NCBI GenBank assembly: GCA_964016885.1
Contig: OZ024742.1
Location: 115,072,001 to 115,136,000, forward strand
From: Eledone cirrhosa
Lineage: Eukaryota
Length of the DNA: 64,000 nucleotides
Direction of reading: 5' to 3'
A model generated the notes under the pieces. The model worked only from the letters and a program-made list of their open reading frames with translations, did not search any database and was not told the DNA's origin. Position numbers and translations under genes: made by a program. Numbering within the stretch: the stretch's first letter is position 1; every line of letters begins with the position of its first letter. Positions 1 to 14,795 of the stretch are shown one piece after another.

Positions 1-269
1 TACAAGGAAATTCATGAACTACGCTCGCTTACATGTCTAAATATGACATAGATGTAACTTTTTCCAAGTAAAAAAGTGAGGGTATTTTCGTCTACTGAAT
101 TTTGTTAAAAGATTAAAGACATTTTTTAAATATTCACTTATTTAACATTTTCAAATGTCAACACTTCCGGTTATACGACAATCCTAACGTCTTCACGAAC
201 CAAAGTATCATCTTCCTGTTTTCTTTCATTTGAAACGTTTTACAAAATATTTAGAGATTGTTTTTTTTT

Positions 270-320
270 AGTTTCAGAAGAACCCGTTAAGGGTGAAAGC
301 AGCGATTCTTTGCTTAAACT
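270..320 (+). ncRNA. Degenerate type I hammerhead ribozyme motif
   Basis: Reads AGTTT-CAGAAGA-ACCC gttaa GGGT-GAAA-GCA..TGC-TT-AAACT. All three stems pair; the core has U4>A. A (TA)n tract follows. Confidence 0.7.
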
Positions 321-331
321 TTAATCTGTTC

Positions 332-400
<69 letters not shown>

Positions 401-1722
401 GTGTACAGATATGTTTGCATACACAAAAGCAAAATATAAACAAACGTATTTATTTAACGAAAACACAGACGGCTTATCGTCATTGTTACTGCCGATTTTT
501 CACCCAAAAAGTATTAGCCTGGCCGGAAGATCAGATTTTGTAGAAGAAAGACTTAGAGAGACTAAGATTCGCGATTAGGGTCAAACCCTAAAAGTGGCTG
601 GCCTTCATCTGGGAAAACCATGTTCAATTGTATGAAGGATGCTCTAGGGTGAGCTCCCCAATCAACCTCTTCATCTTTGCTCCCGAGGGCCGAACAAAAT
701 ATGTTGTATACTCTGAACAATGAAATTTATGAAATTTCTGTTACTTTGAATTTCCATTAAGGTTGTACAAATTATTGTAATGTTTGTTAACAAATGTGTT
801 CTCTGTTCAACCTTTATTGTTGTAACTATCAATTTTCTTTAACAACTGGCCGAGAAAAGAAACCTACAATGAAAGAACATCTTAAAGTTTACCCAAGCTA
901 AATGTTGTATTTATTAAGATTTCTATCTGCAGGTTTTAGCAAGCTTACTGGCGCTTTAGTATGGTATTCAATTCTCATCTCGTTTTTGATTGACATGGTG
1001 CATATATCGCAGCTATTCATATGTTTTAAACATTAGATAACGGTTCCTGATGTATATTGTACGACAGAATTAGCTGGAAAATATTTTGAATGAATAAATA
1101 AAAGAGAGATGTTTGTTGGTTGGCTCCTTCGCGTATCACACAAAGAAACGAAAAGTGAAAATCGGATTGGGATGAGATTACATCCAAGAAAGTTTATTGA
1201 TACTAATTTTATAACACCAAATAAGAAGAAAGTGATACCACGCATGTTAATCAACCTGAATGCTATCTCTAGCAGGTTCGGAATCAAACATAAGGGATTC
1301 CCTCTGCGAGTTCGTTGTCAGTGATGATCGTGTTTCGCGGCATATGTATCCGATTCCAACGGCGGTTTACACACACACACAGACACGCACACGCACACAC
1401 ACGCGCGCACGCACACACGCACATGCAGACACACGAACACTCACACAATCACACACACACATATATATACACACACACACAAGAACACTCACTCACACAC
1501 ACAAACACACACATATATATATATACACCCACACACAAACACACACACATACACACACACAATACACATAGACTGTAAACAAGACAATGCATTCAATACA
1601 GACGTATTCTCTACTGCCGGTCTTCTCTTATCATTTCTTAACATTGGCGAAGCTCGGTACCTCAGCTAGTTTTAAATAATTCTCCACATATCACATACCC
1701 TCAGAATCATTACTACCTAATT

Positions 1723-1808
<86 letters not shown>

Positions 1809-1809
1809 T

Positions 1810-2207
1810 TAGTAACATGTGCTTACACAATATTTGACTAAATAGAATTCGAATGTTAGTTGGTATATTTTAAAATCCTCTGAATGAAAAATAAAGATGA
1901 GTATTGACGTATATTGGACATGAGCTCACATCTTTGGTTTGCCGGACAAATGTTTTACCATTACAACAACACGCCACTTTTTGCTTCCTGCTATTGAATT
2001 AGAAGCTATGTAACCGTGGCAGGTATATATATATACATATATATATATTTGATATATCTCATATGAAATAATACAGCCAATTGTCCACACAATACAATTA
2101 GTTAGCACCCCGAACGTTTAATTAGGAATATACTCAGGTATTTCCTAATGTTTGTTGAGTGAGCTGGGATTTGGCCGGAGTATCGCTTTTACTTTTCTCC
2201 GATTATG

Positions 2208-2269
<62 letters not shown>

Positions 2270-2665
2270 AGAAATGTAAGCTATCGCCATATTTTGACTA
2301 ATGAAATTAAAGAAATCAATCAGCCTGATAGTGGTTAAGGATCCTCGGTGAAATGGAAAAAGATCAGTATTGACGTACATGGGAGTCGTACCCACATCTT
2401 TGGTTATCTGGACCACTCTGCTACTATTTACATCAACACATCTCCCGTCTTTTTCCATTCAAATTAGAAGCTATAAACTTAGCGACTGTAATGTCAAGTA
2501 AGAATATTTTCGAAACAGCGAGTGGGTTTGAAATTATTAGAAATGTAAGCTATCGACGTATTTTGACTAAAGAACTGAAAGAAATTATTTAGCCTGATAG
2601 TGGGGTTAAGAACCCTCGGAGAAATGGAAAAAGATGAGTGGTTCGGATAACCAAAGATGTGACAA
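1810..2665. repeat. Three decayed partial copies of one repeat, probably PLE pLTR fragments; the last has an internal inversion
   Basis: The motif atcctc..aaagatgagtattgacgta..cacatctttggtt occurs at ~1875 and ~2340, and partly at ~2610. At ~2646, gataaccaaagatgtg is the reverse complement of the expected continuation. Confidence 0.55.
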
Positions 2666-2895
2666 TCTGCCAAACTTGAATAAATATGTGTTCACGAAAT
2701 TTGCTACAGAATATATATATATATATATATATTCATATATTCGTAACATACTGTTTTACATTAATGTTTATTTATATTGTGGTTGGCTCAAGACACATTC
2801 ATCTTGTTATAATTATTCTATATATATTCTTCCTGAGCACTGAAGGTTTATATATAGACACACACAAGCACATACACACAGAAACAGACACGCAC

Positions 2896-2926
<31 letters not shown>

Positions 2927-3127
2927 GTATTAAGGATACTATTTATGGTTATGTATATACTAAAACTTTTAAAGTTATATATATTTTAAACCCTAAACAT
3001 TGAAAGACAGTAATGTATTACTACCTTATTACCAGTAACATAATTAGCTCAATGTAATAACATCAGTTGTTCTACACAGCAGTTATATAGAATTCACATG
3101 AATCAAAGTTCTGTTCATACCATTTAT

Positions 3128-3175
3128 TAGCTTACAATTGTCTCATCCAAACCGAAGTTTGGAGTGTCGGAGCAA
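3128..3175 (-). ncRNA. Decayed hammerhead ribozyme motif
   Basis: Minus strand reads GCT-CCGACAC-TCCAAAC TTCG GTTTGGA-T-GAGA-CAATTG-TA-AGC-TAATAAA. Stem II is perfect with a UUCG loop and stem III is palindromic, but both core strands are mutated. Confidence 0.55.
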
Positions 3176-4479
3176 TTTTTCAATGTGTGTTTACATACAT
3201 GACCTCCTTTCCAACACAAGAGACATACAGATACATATGTATATATTGATGCACAGTGGGGTGACATCCATTATATTATTTTTGCATGGCAATTTAAATT
3301 CAAAAATTTAAATCATATTAAAACAGAATCAAAGCAAAATTAATATTAAAATACAACATCGGCAGTTTAAGAAGATAATGCAAGAGGATAGTTTGTTAGT
3401 CAGTTGTAGTAGTTATTGCATGCAATGGTTACACTTTGGGCATGCACGTGTGTCTTATTTATATAAGATTATTCTGCGGCAAGGTGTTATATGCAATACA
3501 AGCACATTAAGCGGGTAATCAAGAGTATTATGGAGGTTGTAGTGGTAAAGTATTTGTTTGTGTATGATAAAGAAACTTGTGTGCAGAGAAATATTATAAA
3601 TGAGAAGCAAAATAATGTTATGGTTTTTGTATACACCTCCATTTTCACAATTCAGGAAACGTAATATATAGTTTATATGTCCTTCATATAATTAACGATG
3701 ATTCAGTATTGGATGTTTGATGTATTAAGTTAAATTATTACAGCTTGTTGCGGCTCAGTGTTCTTTAATCCAATTTTATAGAGCGGGTTGTTTTTGTTGC
3801 GAGAATTTACATCGTTTTATTTTACGGAAGTTTGAGTGTGATTAAGGGGAGTTAATGCGTGAGGGGAGGTAACTAGCTGATTTCTGTAACTAAATTTATT
3901 ATTCCAATGTACATTAAAATATGTCTCAATTGAGTCACTTATATATATGGTTATATACAGTTTCCAAATTTAAGTATCCTGTATTTAAACTAAAGTCTAC
4001 TCTATCATGAAGTACTAACGGTATCTATATTAGGATGATTACTCCTTATCATAGAGTGCTATAACTGAATATTCCATACGAAGAGTCAGATCTCCATATC
4101 AATGTTCCTTGTAAATGTAATCTACTCACAGAAACTGACAGGGTCTTATTAGAACCACGTTTATATATAACTCCTGGTAAGCTCTGGGTCAGCGTATGGC
4201 TGATTGCATGGCAAAGTTAAATATCTCTAGGGTAGACCAAAGAGCAATTATCACTTACAATGTCATTAATTTGTCTATCAAGTTATACATGTATGTATAA
4301 CTTACATACCATTTGTGCATAATTCATTGTACTCCACATATAGGTTATATAGCTCTTTTATGTTAATAAATTAATCTTCTATTTATTTAATGATAGCACT
4401 CCATACACACAACAACATTTGCACAAATAAGTTATTGCTGAATTCGGTGCTTAAAGTTTACATGTAAATTATATAGTGA

Positions 4480-4745
4480 TATAATGCAGTCTAAGAGTGA
4501 GCAGTTACAAACATAGATATAGACCAAATAGCAAGGAAGTGATTAACATGTTGAACCCACATTGCAAATATTGTATAATGCAAAAACTTGAAACAAAAAT
4601 GTTAATATAATGCGAGAATTACAGTACGATATGGAATATAATATAATATAATAGATGGTGATAATAAAAAGCTTAATATATGTATATATAAATATCAATA
4701 CATATATACATTAGTACAAACACAAACTAACACTTATTAAGTATT

Positions 4746-4786
<41 letters not shown>

Positions 4787-5189
4787 TACAGTATAATATA
4801 ATAAAGATAAAAATAAAAATAAAATATAATATATAATTCTCTGTCAGTGTGCATAAACAATATAAAAACATTATAATAGATGTATACTCCATATTCTTCT
4901 GAGGTTTTGGCTTGTATTGGCTCTAATAGATGTATACTCCATATTCTTCTGAGTTTTTGGCTTGTATTGGCCGATAGTACTTCTTGTAGCTTTACTTGCC
5001 CTGATGAGTCCTTAATAGGACGAAACATTATTGGCTAATAAAGACTTTCGATGTATTGAAGGCTTCTTTGGTTTATTTTTTTATAATTCTTCGGCTCTGT
5101 TTAAATACATTGAGCTATATCTTATACTGTCATTTCTATAATATGAAGAGGGTGTTTAACTCCAACACACTCTAGTATTTTAATTCTTA

Positions 5190-5195
<6 letters not shown>
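4480..5195. mobile_element. PLE 3' UTR/pLTR fragment with an inversion (minus-strand UTR joined to a plus-strand pLTR)
   Basis: 4480-4680 aligns by eye to the reverse complement of 7530-7720; 4990-5190 aligns directly to 7805-8005. A ~50-bp tandem duplication (4874-4970) lies at the junction. Confidence 0.6.
4998..5035 (+). ncRNA. Minimal type I hammerhead ribozyme
   Basis: GCC-CTGATGA-GTCCT taat AGGAC-GAAA-CATTATT-GGC, then AATAAA at 5037. Canonical core; the stem III closing pair is mutated relative to the 7813 copy. Confidence 0.85.
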
Positions 5196-5280
<85 letters not shown>

Positions 5281-5478
5281 TCACACCGTCTCACACACAC
5301 ACAGACATATATATATATATTTTTTTTTTCAGTATATGTTGGTTGTTTACCGGCACCTCAGTATGCATATTGGAGCACTCGACGAAGTACGCAGGTCGGT
5401 TTGTTTACTCCGGAGTAACGTAAAATAATTAAGTCAAATAGGTAAAATATGGCTTCGTTTATTATAAATTATAGATAT

Positions 5479-5533
5479 ACTGCTATATATATTTCGGTGA
5501 CAGCCATCATTGGCTATGACCTCTTCAGCCAGT
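5479..5533 (-). ncRNA. Minimal type I hammerhead ribozyme (family shared with 39329 and 55876)
   Basis: Minus strand reads ACTGG-CTGAAGA-GGTCATAGCCA atga TGGCTGTCACC-GAAA-TATATA-TA-GCAGT. Confidence 0.85.
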
Positions 5534-6318
5534 CGATTTGGTGTGGGAAAGACAAGTTCAGATGCTGTTGAAGTGTGTTTTACTCCGTCCAGCTCCTGGT
5601 TGTGTTGTTATTTCTCTGAAGAACTGGAATCATATGGGTTAGAAGAAACGAATTTCAGCGTCATAGGACGTGCTCGTATCCCATTGATCAGTTCTAAGAA
5701 CATTCCTCAGTCTAAAGTCTATAGACATTTTTCTGAGGTAAGACAATCTGTTGTAGTTGTTTTTGTTTAAGTACAGATGACCTCCTCCATTGTGTTGGTA
5801 GTGGTAGTTGTGTTAAGGAGTCAGCTGGCAGGTCAGCTTTAGTGTGCTGCTGCTATGTTCAGAATAAATTGTGTGTGTAGGTTGGCATATAACCTGCCTC
5901 CATTTCACGTGGTGGGGGTTCCACACAAATAAAATAATAAAACATGCGTTTGTGTTACAACCAATATCAAAAGTTGAAAGATTTGAAAATGATTAACTGA
6001 AGTAGAAAACCTGTGCGTCAAATCGATGAGTGTAAAGAGTTACAATTCTTATACTATCATCGAGTGGAGTGTTTTAAGAGCAACTGAGATGAAAGTGGAG
6101 TGTAAAACACCAGAAACATGAGTGTCAAAATCCGGAAGAGCAAAGCACTACACTTCCTATTACGGCATAAAGTACATATGCGTGTATGTCAACGAACATC
6201 GTTGCAAGTACACGCACAAACACAGGCTCAGGTGCATTCCATATTGATATATATATATATATATATAAGCACACACACATACACACATGATATACACACA
6301 CATACGCACACACACACA

Positions 6319-6485
<167 letters not shown>

Positions 6486-6878
6486 ACATACATGTATCTA
6501 TGTATCGACAATGTGTTGTTATTGTCCATATAGCTTGTCCATGTACCGAAGAAGTCGGTCCTGAGGTTTATTAGGTTGCTTCCACCGGTGAGTATCTCGA
6601 AGGTCTTATCTCGAAGGTCTTATAATATTAATTTAATTAATAAGGGTTGCAATTCAATTTTTTGATTTAGAATAGTAGTATCATCTATATTTACCTAACG
6701 GCTTGTAGCGCCTACGCGATATTGTGTCTGTGGTTGTTTTTGTTTTTGTTTTTCGTTTTATTTTAATTTACTACCACTTGCTGTCTGTCTTCCCTATTAT
6801 CTGTCATATGTGTCATAGAATTCATCGCGTAAATATGTCTTAAGCTTTTTCCCTTGATATTGTGTGTCTGCTATTGAA

Positions 6879-7163
6879 ATATTAATATTGATATATCTTA
6901 TTATATTATATGTAATTGAATTATGAGTATGTGTCCGGCATTGAAGTACTGATATGTAATATTATATGGATTTGAACTGCCTATATCTCTATATTTATTG
7001 TCTATATTATATATATTTAAATATTAATATTAATATATCATATTATATTATATGTAATTGAATTATAAGTATGTGTCCGGCATTGAAGTACTTATATGTA
7101 ATATTATATGGATTTAAACTGCCTATACCTCTGTATATTTATTGTCTATATTATATATATTTA
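6879..7163 (+). repeat. Tandem duplication, ~142-bp unit, 2 copies, within an AT-rich PLE 3' UTR
   Basis: tattaatatt..gtatgtgtccggcattgaagtact..gtctatattatatatattta is repeated at ~6879 and ~7021. Confidence 0.9.
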
Positions 7164-7425
7164 TATATATTTGTTCACCATACTTTAATTTATTATATGG
7201 TTTTATTATTTTTTCTTACCCTGTGAAATATTTTATACACAATTTGTTGACCTTACATGACACGTATAATGTATTTTTATATATATTTTTGAATGTCAAT
7301 ATATTATTCAATTGATTCTGGTATTGTTTATTCACACCGTCAGGTTGATTATTCTATTATAATGCTTATATTTATTTTTATATCTGTGTTAGTATGTGTT
7401 TGTGTATATGTGTCGGAGTGAGTGT

Positions 7426-7534
<109 letters not shown>

Positions 7535-7812
7535 GTTTTTTTATTTCTTATTATCTATTGTATTGTATTTTATGTTGTATTATAATTCTCACATTGTATT
7601 ACTATGTTGTGTTTCATGTATTAGACTTACATTGTACTTTCAACGTGGGTTTGATGTCTTACTTGCTCTCTTGCCCTATAGTCTATATTTACAAATGCAG
7701 CCTTTTAGCTTTAGCATGTCTTTCCATGATAACTTTCCTAAATTATCATAAATATCAATTCCCTGTTCTTCTGAGTTTGTTCTGGCCGTTAATACTTCTT
7801 GTCTCTTTCCTT

Positions 7813-7853
7813 GCTCTGATGTGTCCTTATTAATGGGACGAAACATTGTTAGC
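7813..7853 (+). ncRNA. Minimal hammerhead ribozyme, A9>U mutant copy of the 4998 family
   Basis: GCT-CTGATGT-GTCCTTATTAATGGGAC-GAAA-CATTGTT-AGC-TAATAAA. Confidence 0.8.
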
Positions 7854-8012
7854 TAATAAAGACTTTTCATGTATTGAAGGCTTCTTTGTTTATTTTTCAT
7901 AATTTTTCGGCTCTGTTGGATTACATTGAAATATATCCTATACTGTCATTTCTCTAATACGACGAGTGTGTTTAACCCCAATGCAGTCAAGTATTTTAAT
8001 CTTATATATCTA

Positions 8013-8227
<215 letters not shown>

Positions 8228-9018
8228 TGATGTGTTAAAATAATCAAATTAAACTAATTCAACAGTTAAACCACCATAGGATTAATAGGTTATTTCCAAA
8301 GAGCTAGATGATTGACAATTCTATCCTAAATATGACTAATAGCTCTAGGAAAGCCATGAACGACACCACATTTTTTTTTATCTTTCATTTTGTAATTACG
8401 TTTATAATTATTAATTTTCATTATTCTTTTGTAGTTGTCTCGGCGGTCTAGTTGGAGGAATAAGGGACTCTGGTGATTGGAGTCTAAAGTTGGAAGATGA
8501 TCAGGAGTAGTGTTCCCGGTAAATCTTTTGTGTTTTTTTCTATGGGATGTAAAATAAAAACAGAAAACGATTGCATGTACCTCTCGGCCAGGATTGCTGC
8601 CAAAACCAGGATCACCACCATCTCTAGTACATACGGCTAGTCCAATGAGACAGCTACGAAAATATATTGAAAATTCATAATTATAAACCTAATTTCAAAA
8701 TTTCTAGTACAAAATTATATGGTATCGTTAAAGTGTTTCTTAATGTTATTGCTCCTACTTAAGGTTGACCAAATTATATGGGTATTCCATAATGTGCATC
8801 CTCGTTTTGTTTCTCATCTATCTAGACAATATTTTAACCTGTAATCAATGTTTCATTTCTGTTGAACCTCATTTAAACACCCCTCCCCTCTCTGTCTCTC
8901 TCTTTCTCTCTGTAATATTTTAATCCATTATGATTTGGGCTTATCTTATTCAAAATATATGTTTTTGCATGTCAGTTGTATTCAAACTTAGAATGATTGG
9001 CATATTATATGTATATAT

Positions 9019-9069
<51 letters not shown>

Positions 9070-9514
9070 ACGAAGGAAGATATATATACATGTGTGTGTG
9101 TGTGTATGTGTATATATATGTGTGTGTTTTTGCATGTGCTTGTGTGTGGGTGTGTGAAGGCATGTGTGGGTGTGTGCGTGTGAGATTGTAGACCTGTAGA
9201 AGCCATTTCTATATTAAATATTTATACTCTGCTATGTATTGAGTACCGTACTTACTGTGGTTACCCCTGATTTTACCTGGGATAAACTTAGTTCACCATA
9301 CTTAGAACAAATGTCTCACCTTGCGGATCTTGTGCTCGATCTGAGTTTACGGAAAATATAAAAACAACCATATTAATACGCATGTGCAGAAACGTTCACT
9401 ATTCCCAGGTGATATAATCCCACGGTCGAATGGTGTAAGGTAAATAACTGCGAATAATTTACTCGAGTTGATTAGAATATTTAATGTTGATGTTATTCAA
9501 TCCGGAGCTTTGTA

Positions 9515-10100
9515 ATTATGCAATATATGTTTCCAACGTGTGGAGAACGTGATAAAAGCTCATCTCATGAATTTAAGCAATCTGTATTCCGTAATATGCT
9601 CAGAATATTGATATTTACTTCAATGCACAGTCCACAAGATGGATTTCTCCTTGCGTATGGCTTGGATTTAGTGATGGCTTTTCATTGGATGGAGTACTCT
9701 ACGCCCGAGTATTTGAGGGACCATACGTGGCTCACGCGTTTCGGGGATGATCGTTTGTCCGGGTAGCTTATGTTCGACTGATGGTTCAGGAAGCGTTCTT
9801 TCAACAGGCCGTTCGCCATACCTACATAGGATTTATCCTCTTGTTGTTGATTTAGTCGGTTGGAATTGACCACGGCTTCATAAATTACACTGGGTGTGTT
9901 GCATTGTTGTTGAAGGGGACAAGCTTCAGGCTTTCGGCTAGTACGTCCTGGTGGGGTGCTGCTCTTAAGACTCTTGGTGATGTGGACCTTCATATGCTTA
10001 GCAGAGGAGTACTCTAGTTTTACTCTGTGTCTGTTAAAGATGGTGCGGTGATTGTGACCTATAGGAAAGTGTCTATCTAAGAGAGCTAAACATATCTTTC
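9515..10100 (-). pseudogene. Penelope-like (Hydra-type) GIY-YIG endonuclease remnant
   Basis: Minus-strand translation with frameshifts and stops: LLDRHFP..IFNRH; CPLQQQC..VIYEAVV..SYVGMANGLLKERFLNH; SHVWSLK; CGLC. Confidence 0.85.
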
Positions 10101-10104
10101 CGAC

Positions 10105-12260
10105 TTACGTGAAGCTCTTAGGAGAGAACATCCAAAGCGGATGAATTGCACCTCGGGTAGCACATTACGACATCCCGAACGTCGGCTGGAATTATCGGCA
10201 ATTCGGTGCGCCTAGCATCGGCGGGCGAGAGACGCGATAGGCCATCAAGATATGGACTGAAGTCCGCTACCGTCTCCGCTCCTTCACTTCCGCTGAATAG
10301 CTGCGCAAGTTGTTAGCGAAAGATTCCACATATCTGCCTGGAATCGTTCTGCTCGCGTTCATTTCGGTCCGCCAAAACCGAATTGTTGTTTTGTTACGAA
10401 GTTTCACCTCTGCTCCGCAAGCCCATCGAAACGCTTTTATACGACGTTTCTCAGAGAACGCACCTTAGCTGTGACAATGCTGCCTTCGTGTTTCACATTG
10501 AAAAAATGGTCTAATGTCATTTTCGCCGCTAGAACGTTAGTTGCAATACCACTACAGATAGCATCATTTATTTTAGCTACCGGCTCTACCTCCTTTCTAT
10601 TTTCCTCTATCGCTACTTTAATAAAACCTATCGAGATTATCTCTCTTTTGGGAGCCCACCACAACCTCTTCTGTACAACAACTTACCCAACGTTTGCGTC
10701 ATTAAATGTCTGACCCGGTGCCTGTACATCATTCGTGCAGGAAATATTATGTCTACCTGCCAGTAATCAGAGTTTATCCGACTAAATAGCGGCAAATAAC
10801 TCGACTTTTGGAAGTGCCAAAGATGAAATAGTGAATTTGCTGCCCAGCAGCACCTCTCACTCGAGACGCTCGAATTGCTTCCTCCGTGATTTAAATCAGC
10901 CTTCTTATCATTAACAACGAAGTGTTCGAGCTTGGCGTTTAAAACAAGAACGACGCACGTCAATCTCAAATCTTTTCCTGAAAGCCGTTTTTATGTTTCT
11001 TAATATCACTGTATCTAATCTGTTAGCTGTATCACTATTGTCTGTCAAAATCATATTGAGTGTAGTCTCGGTCTGCTTATCAATTTATTGTTGAAAATTG
11101 CTCCCGGCAACAAATTCTCAATTTTTTCGCAAATACGGTCACTGAAAACCTTGTTAACCAGACATGGCACATTCAGATTCTAGGAATTGAGTAACTATAA
11201 AGAAAATCTGTTTTGGTAGCACGAACCGATCCCACGTTTCTTGTCTGTATATTGAAACGCTTTAGGTTTTCGAAATCTATGCTTTTCCTTTTTAATATCT
11301 CACAGTATAACTCACCTATAACACAGATGAATGATCTGATGCAGGATTGTGATGTTTTTGCATCCTGGTTGATTATTTTCTAGTTCCTCAAAAACTCATT
11401 GGACGGATAAGATCATTTTCCAATTTCACACAATACCAAAAGCCAAGGATAATCCTAGGAATTTCTCTAGACAACTAAATAATTCTAACTGTGTTTTTCT
11501 GGTTTCGACGATGACCAACACATCTATATATATTGAGCTGCGGTCACAAATAATAGAGTTTATTCAAATTAAGGCCATGTTGGATCAGTTGCAGATAAAT
11601 GGGAAGGATTACATTCGTTATTCTAGTGGATGAACGCCTGACTCTTCCTTTTGCTGAATTTTATTTCGCGTGCAGAGTATTGCTTGTTTGGAAATAGTTT
11701 GTCATTTCTGCAAATTAAAGAAATGGGAAAAGGCTTCTGAGGAAGTGATGTTTTGTGGTTGGAATATATTATTGCAGATGTTTTAAGAGCTATTGTGATT
11801 GTCAGTTCTGCTGGTTCTGTGGCTGGTGATATTTGCATTTTTGTTTCAGCTGTTGATGTTGCCAACATGGCAGTCTGTTCTGTTGCTAGTGCTGGTGATG
11901 CTCCCCCTATCTGATGGTTTTCAAAATGGTTACGCCTGCCAGTTCTGATAGAAACAATGGACAGTGTTTTGGAGTTCGTGCGCCGAAATTCAAGAACAAT
12001 ATAAAATGCACGCACTGGTGCCCCCTTACGTTTTATTTTTTTGTCTAGTCTTCCCCTTTGCATCCATTCTAACCTTCTGCTTAAAATCACAGTCTTAGTG
12101 ATGTTTGAAAGACACGTTCGATGAGTTCCCGTCAAGATATCCATTATTTCATGCGATTCAACTATGCGATCACTGAAAAAGAAGAGATACAACCTTGTTT
12201 CAAATGTTGTAATTGGTACGTGGCTAGATGCTAGGAGTGGATACCGTTATTGGAGCATCT
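10105..12260 (-). mobile_element. Old Tx1/L1-type LINE fragments (ORF1-like region, APE endonuclease pieces, pre-RT linker)
   Basis: The translations IDVLVIVETR, ELFSCLEKFLG, KINDAICSGIATNVLAAKMTLDHFFNVKHEG and DFSPYLDGLSRLS are homologous to IDMVAISETR, EFFRRLENFLG, KLDEALSKGIATDILAAKLALDQFLNAKKEG and DFSFYLDELPRLS in the element at 20161-25618. Confidence 0.8.
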
Positions 12261-13787
12261 GGTACACGGTGTCAAAAGTGTTAATATGCTACTAATTTCC
12301 AATTAACAAGATAAACATCTTTTTAAAAGCGAACGAAATATTAAGATTTAGAATATAACAGCTTCCAAGGCATTTTATTGAAATTTCCGTATCACCTGTT
12401 ATACTCCACTCAAATATACTGTTCATTTTTGGAGGAGGTAGTTTTAATCAATCCGTTAATATGTTTTACAGAACTAGCCGTCCGTTCGGCAATTTCTGAG
12501 AAGTTCACTTTGATATAAACATTCGGGATGCGTCACCATCAGGAGGGTAACTTTCTCACATTATTGCACTAATCAAGGGCACTTTGAATGTCTCTGGTAA
12601 TTTATTATCAATTCGTGAAGTATGAAGATAGAACTTAACACTTATGAAATTAACACGAATATTATAATTACGGTCTTAAAATCCTTAGATATATTCTCTG
12701 AAACATAATGACGACACGAAATATTAGTGATTCCGTATAGACATGTGCGTGATATCAATTAAGCAACAATTATCTTTTTCTGACAGAATCTTACAGAGAT
12801 ACAAGCAATCATTCCCTTAGTGTACAAATGATTATTTCAACTACTCTGTTCTTTCAACTATCTAAAATATTATCTCCACCTTTCTGGCACTTTACTTCCA
12901 ATTAAGATTCGACTCTTCCTCGTAGCAATTTAATTTGTTCTACTTCAAAGTTATATCAGAACCACTTTCTGAGTCATTCTTTAGACGTGTTTATAGTCAC
13001 TGTAATCATATTATCCAAATTTAAAACTAACATTGCAGCTCGTATGTCCGGTCATTCTCTTTATGGTCATTACACGTGTAGCACATGGTTTAAGATTTCT
13101 GAACTTAAGAAAGTATATTTTACTCTTTTCTCCTCTTTTAAGTTGTTAGTAATTCATAACTACGCATACTGAAAATATACAATGACCAAGTGATTTTAGA
13201 ATGAAGAAAAGACGTGCATGTCAGAAAATAAACAAATATATACCAAAGGATTTTTCCTACTAAGTGATATTTTTGCGAATATCATAAAAAAACTGTGCCA
13301 TACTTAATGCTCTTTTGCAAGCACTTTAATCTGAAACCTCTACTGAAGCTGAATGTACTATAACACGCGAGAGATGTGTTGGTAAGTTAAAATAAACCAA
13401 ATTCTTACATTCATACTGTTTGATTTGTATTACAATCGTCAAATATCAAATCCATGCGTTCAAGCACTGTCGCATGGGAAGTGATATACTTCCATTTTAT
13501 ATTGTAAGATGTTAAGAGAACATAATTGCAGATGCCACACACGTTGTCATGTTTTTCACCAAACGTTCCTACAAGGTTCATGTGTATCGCTTAAAATTAG
13601 CAATACGAAGACTACACATTTTCGTAGCTATAGATATTTATATCAACAGGATAAATCTGTTATACATTTGAGTTAGAAATACCACCGTTATTGAATCTAT
13701 GTACTAAAATCTTCCAATAAGTTTATATCATATTCGAATAAGGTGGCAAATGTGTTGAAGCGTCATACAAGTGTGTTCTATAATATG

Positions 13788-13855
<68 letters not shown>

Positions 13856-13968
13856 TGTGTGTGTGTGTACGTATATGTGTGCATATGTGTATATGTGATT
13901 GCTTGCGCAAACGGAAAGAAATCTCTCAATATACATGTACATATCTATTATTATTTTTTATTAATTAA

Positions 13969-14162
13969 GGGCGGTGAATTGGCAGTATCGGTAGAGGGTC
14001 AGACGCCATGCTTTGACGCATAGAGTTACGGCCCTTGCCATTCTGAGTTCAAATCCCGTCGAGGTTAACTTTGCCTTTCATCCTTACGGGGTCGATAAAA
14101 TAAAGTACCAGTAATACAATGAACAATTGCTGGCCTTGTTCCAAAAGTAGGAACAATTATTT
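13969..14162 (+). mobile_element. tRNA-derived SINE resembling the octopus OR-type family
   Basis: A-box-like TGGCAGTATCGG, B-box GAGTTCAAATCC, central domain ctttgcctttcatccttacggggtcgataaaataaagtaccag, and 3' end aattgctggccttgttccaaaa..attatt. Family recognised from memory. Confidence 0.85.
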
Positions 14163-14735
14163 TTTATTAATTAAAGCCCTATTATTTTGTTCGGGTACCA
14201 TTGTCTATTGTTTTATATATAATAGTGTCAACACTGATATGGCTATTCTTCTTTTCTTCTTGATTGACAGAATGGATATGCAACTGTAATCAATTCGATG
14301 CGTAAGATGATTAGGCTGACAGCAATGATTGATTTCGCAAATACACATATTTTATTAACGGCTAAGTTATAATATACTAGTCGAGTGGTTTTGGTTTAAA
14401 AACGGATTTTTTAAGTGTAATATGATTTAAATATTGACGTGCATGGTAATGAAGCAGAAAGCACAAAGTCTGGGTGACTATTATTATATTATTAATTAAA
14501 TACTAACACATTGGTCTGGGTACCGTTGTCGAATTAATATATGTATTGAGTCCACTAATGAGTGAATGGATATTCAACAGTAAACAAATACGGAGGCATG
14601 GCAACTACGGTAACAACAATGGTTGATTCCAAAAATACACACACACACACATGCACACATATACGCACATACAAACACACACATATACACCTCTCTCTCT
14701 CTCTCTCCCCCCTCTCTCTCTCTATCTCTCTCTCT

Positions 14736-14778
<43 letters not shown>

Positions 14779-14795
14779 TATGTTGTATGTATATA

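Noticed and set aside
2320-2360. CTGATAG..GAAA resembling a hammerhead (also at ~2593)
   Set aside because: The core is non-canonical and no consistent stems I or III could be formed.
3400-4300. Possible PLE coding remnant upstream of the 3128 motif (LYDK on the minus strand)
   Set aside because: Only a four-residue match, with no further motifs recoverable by eye.
13969-14065. tRNA gene
   Set aside because: It has A and B boxes but no cloverleaf, and it continues into the SINE core, so it is annotated as a SINE.
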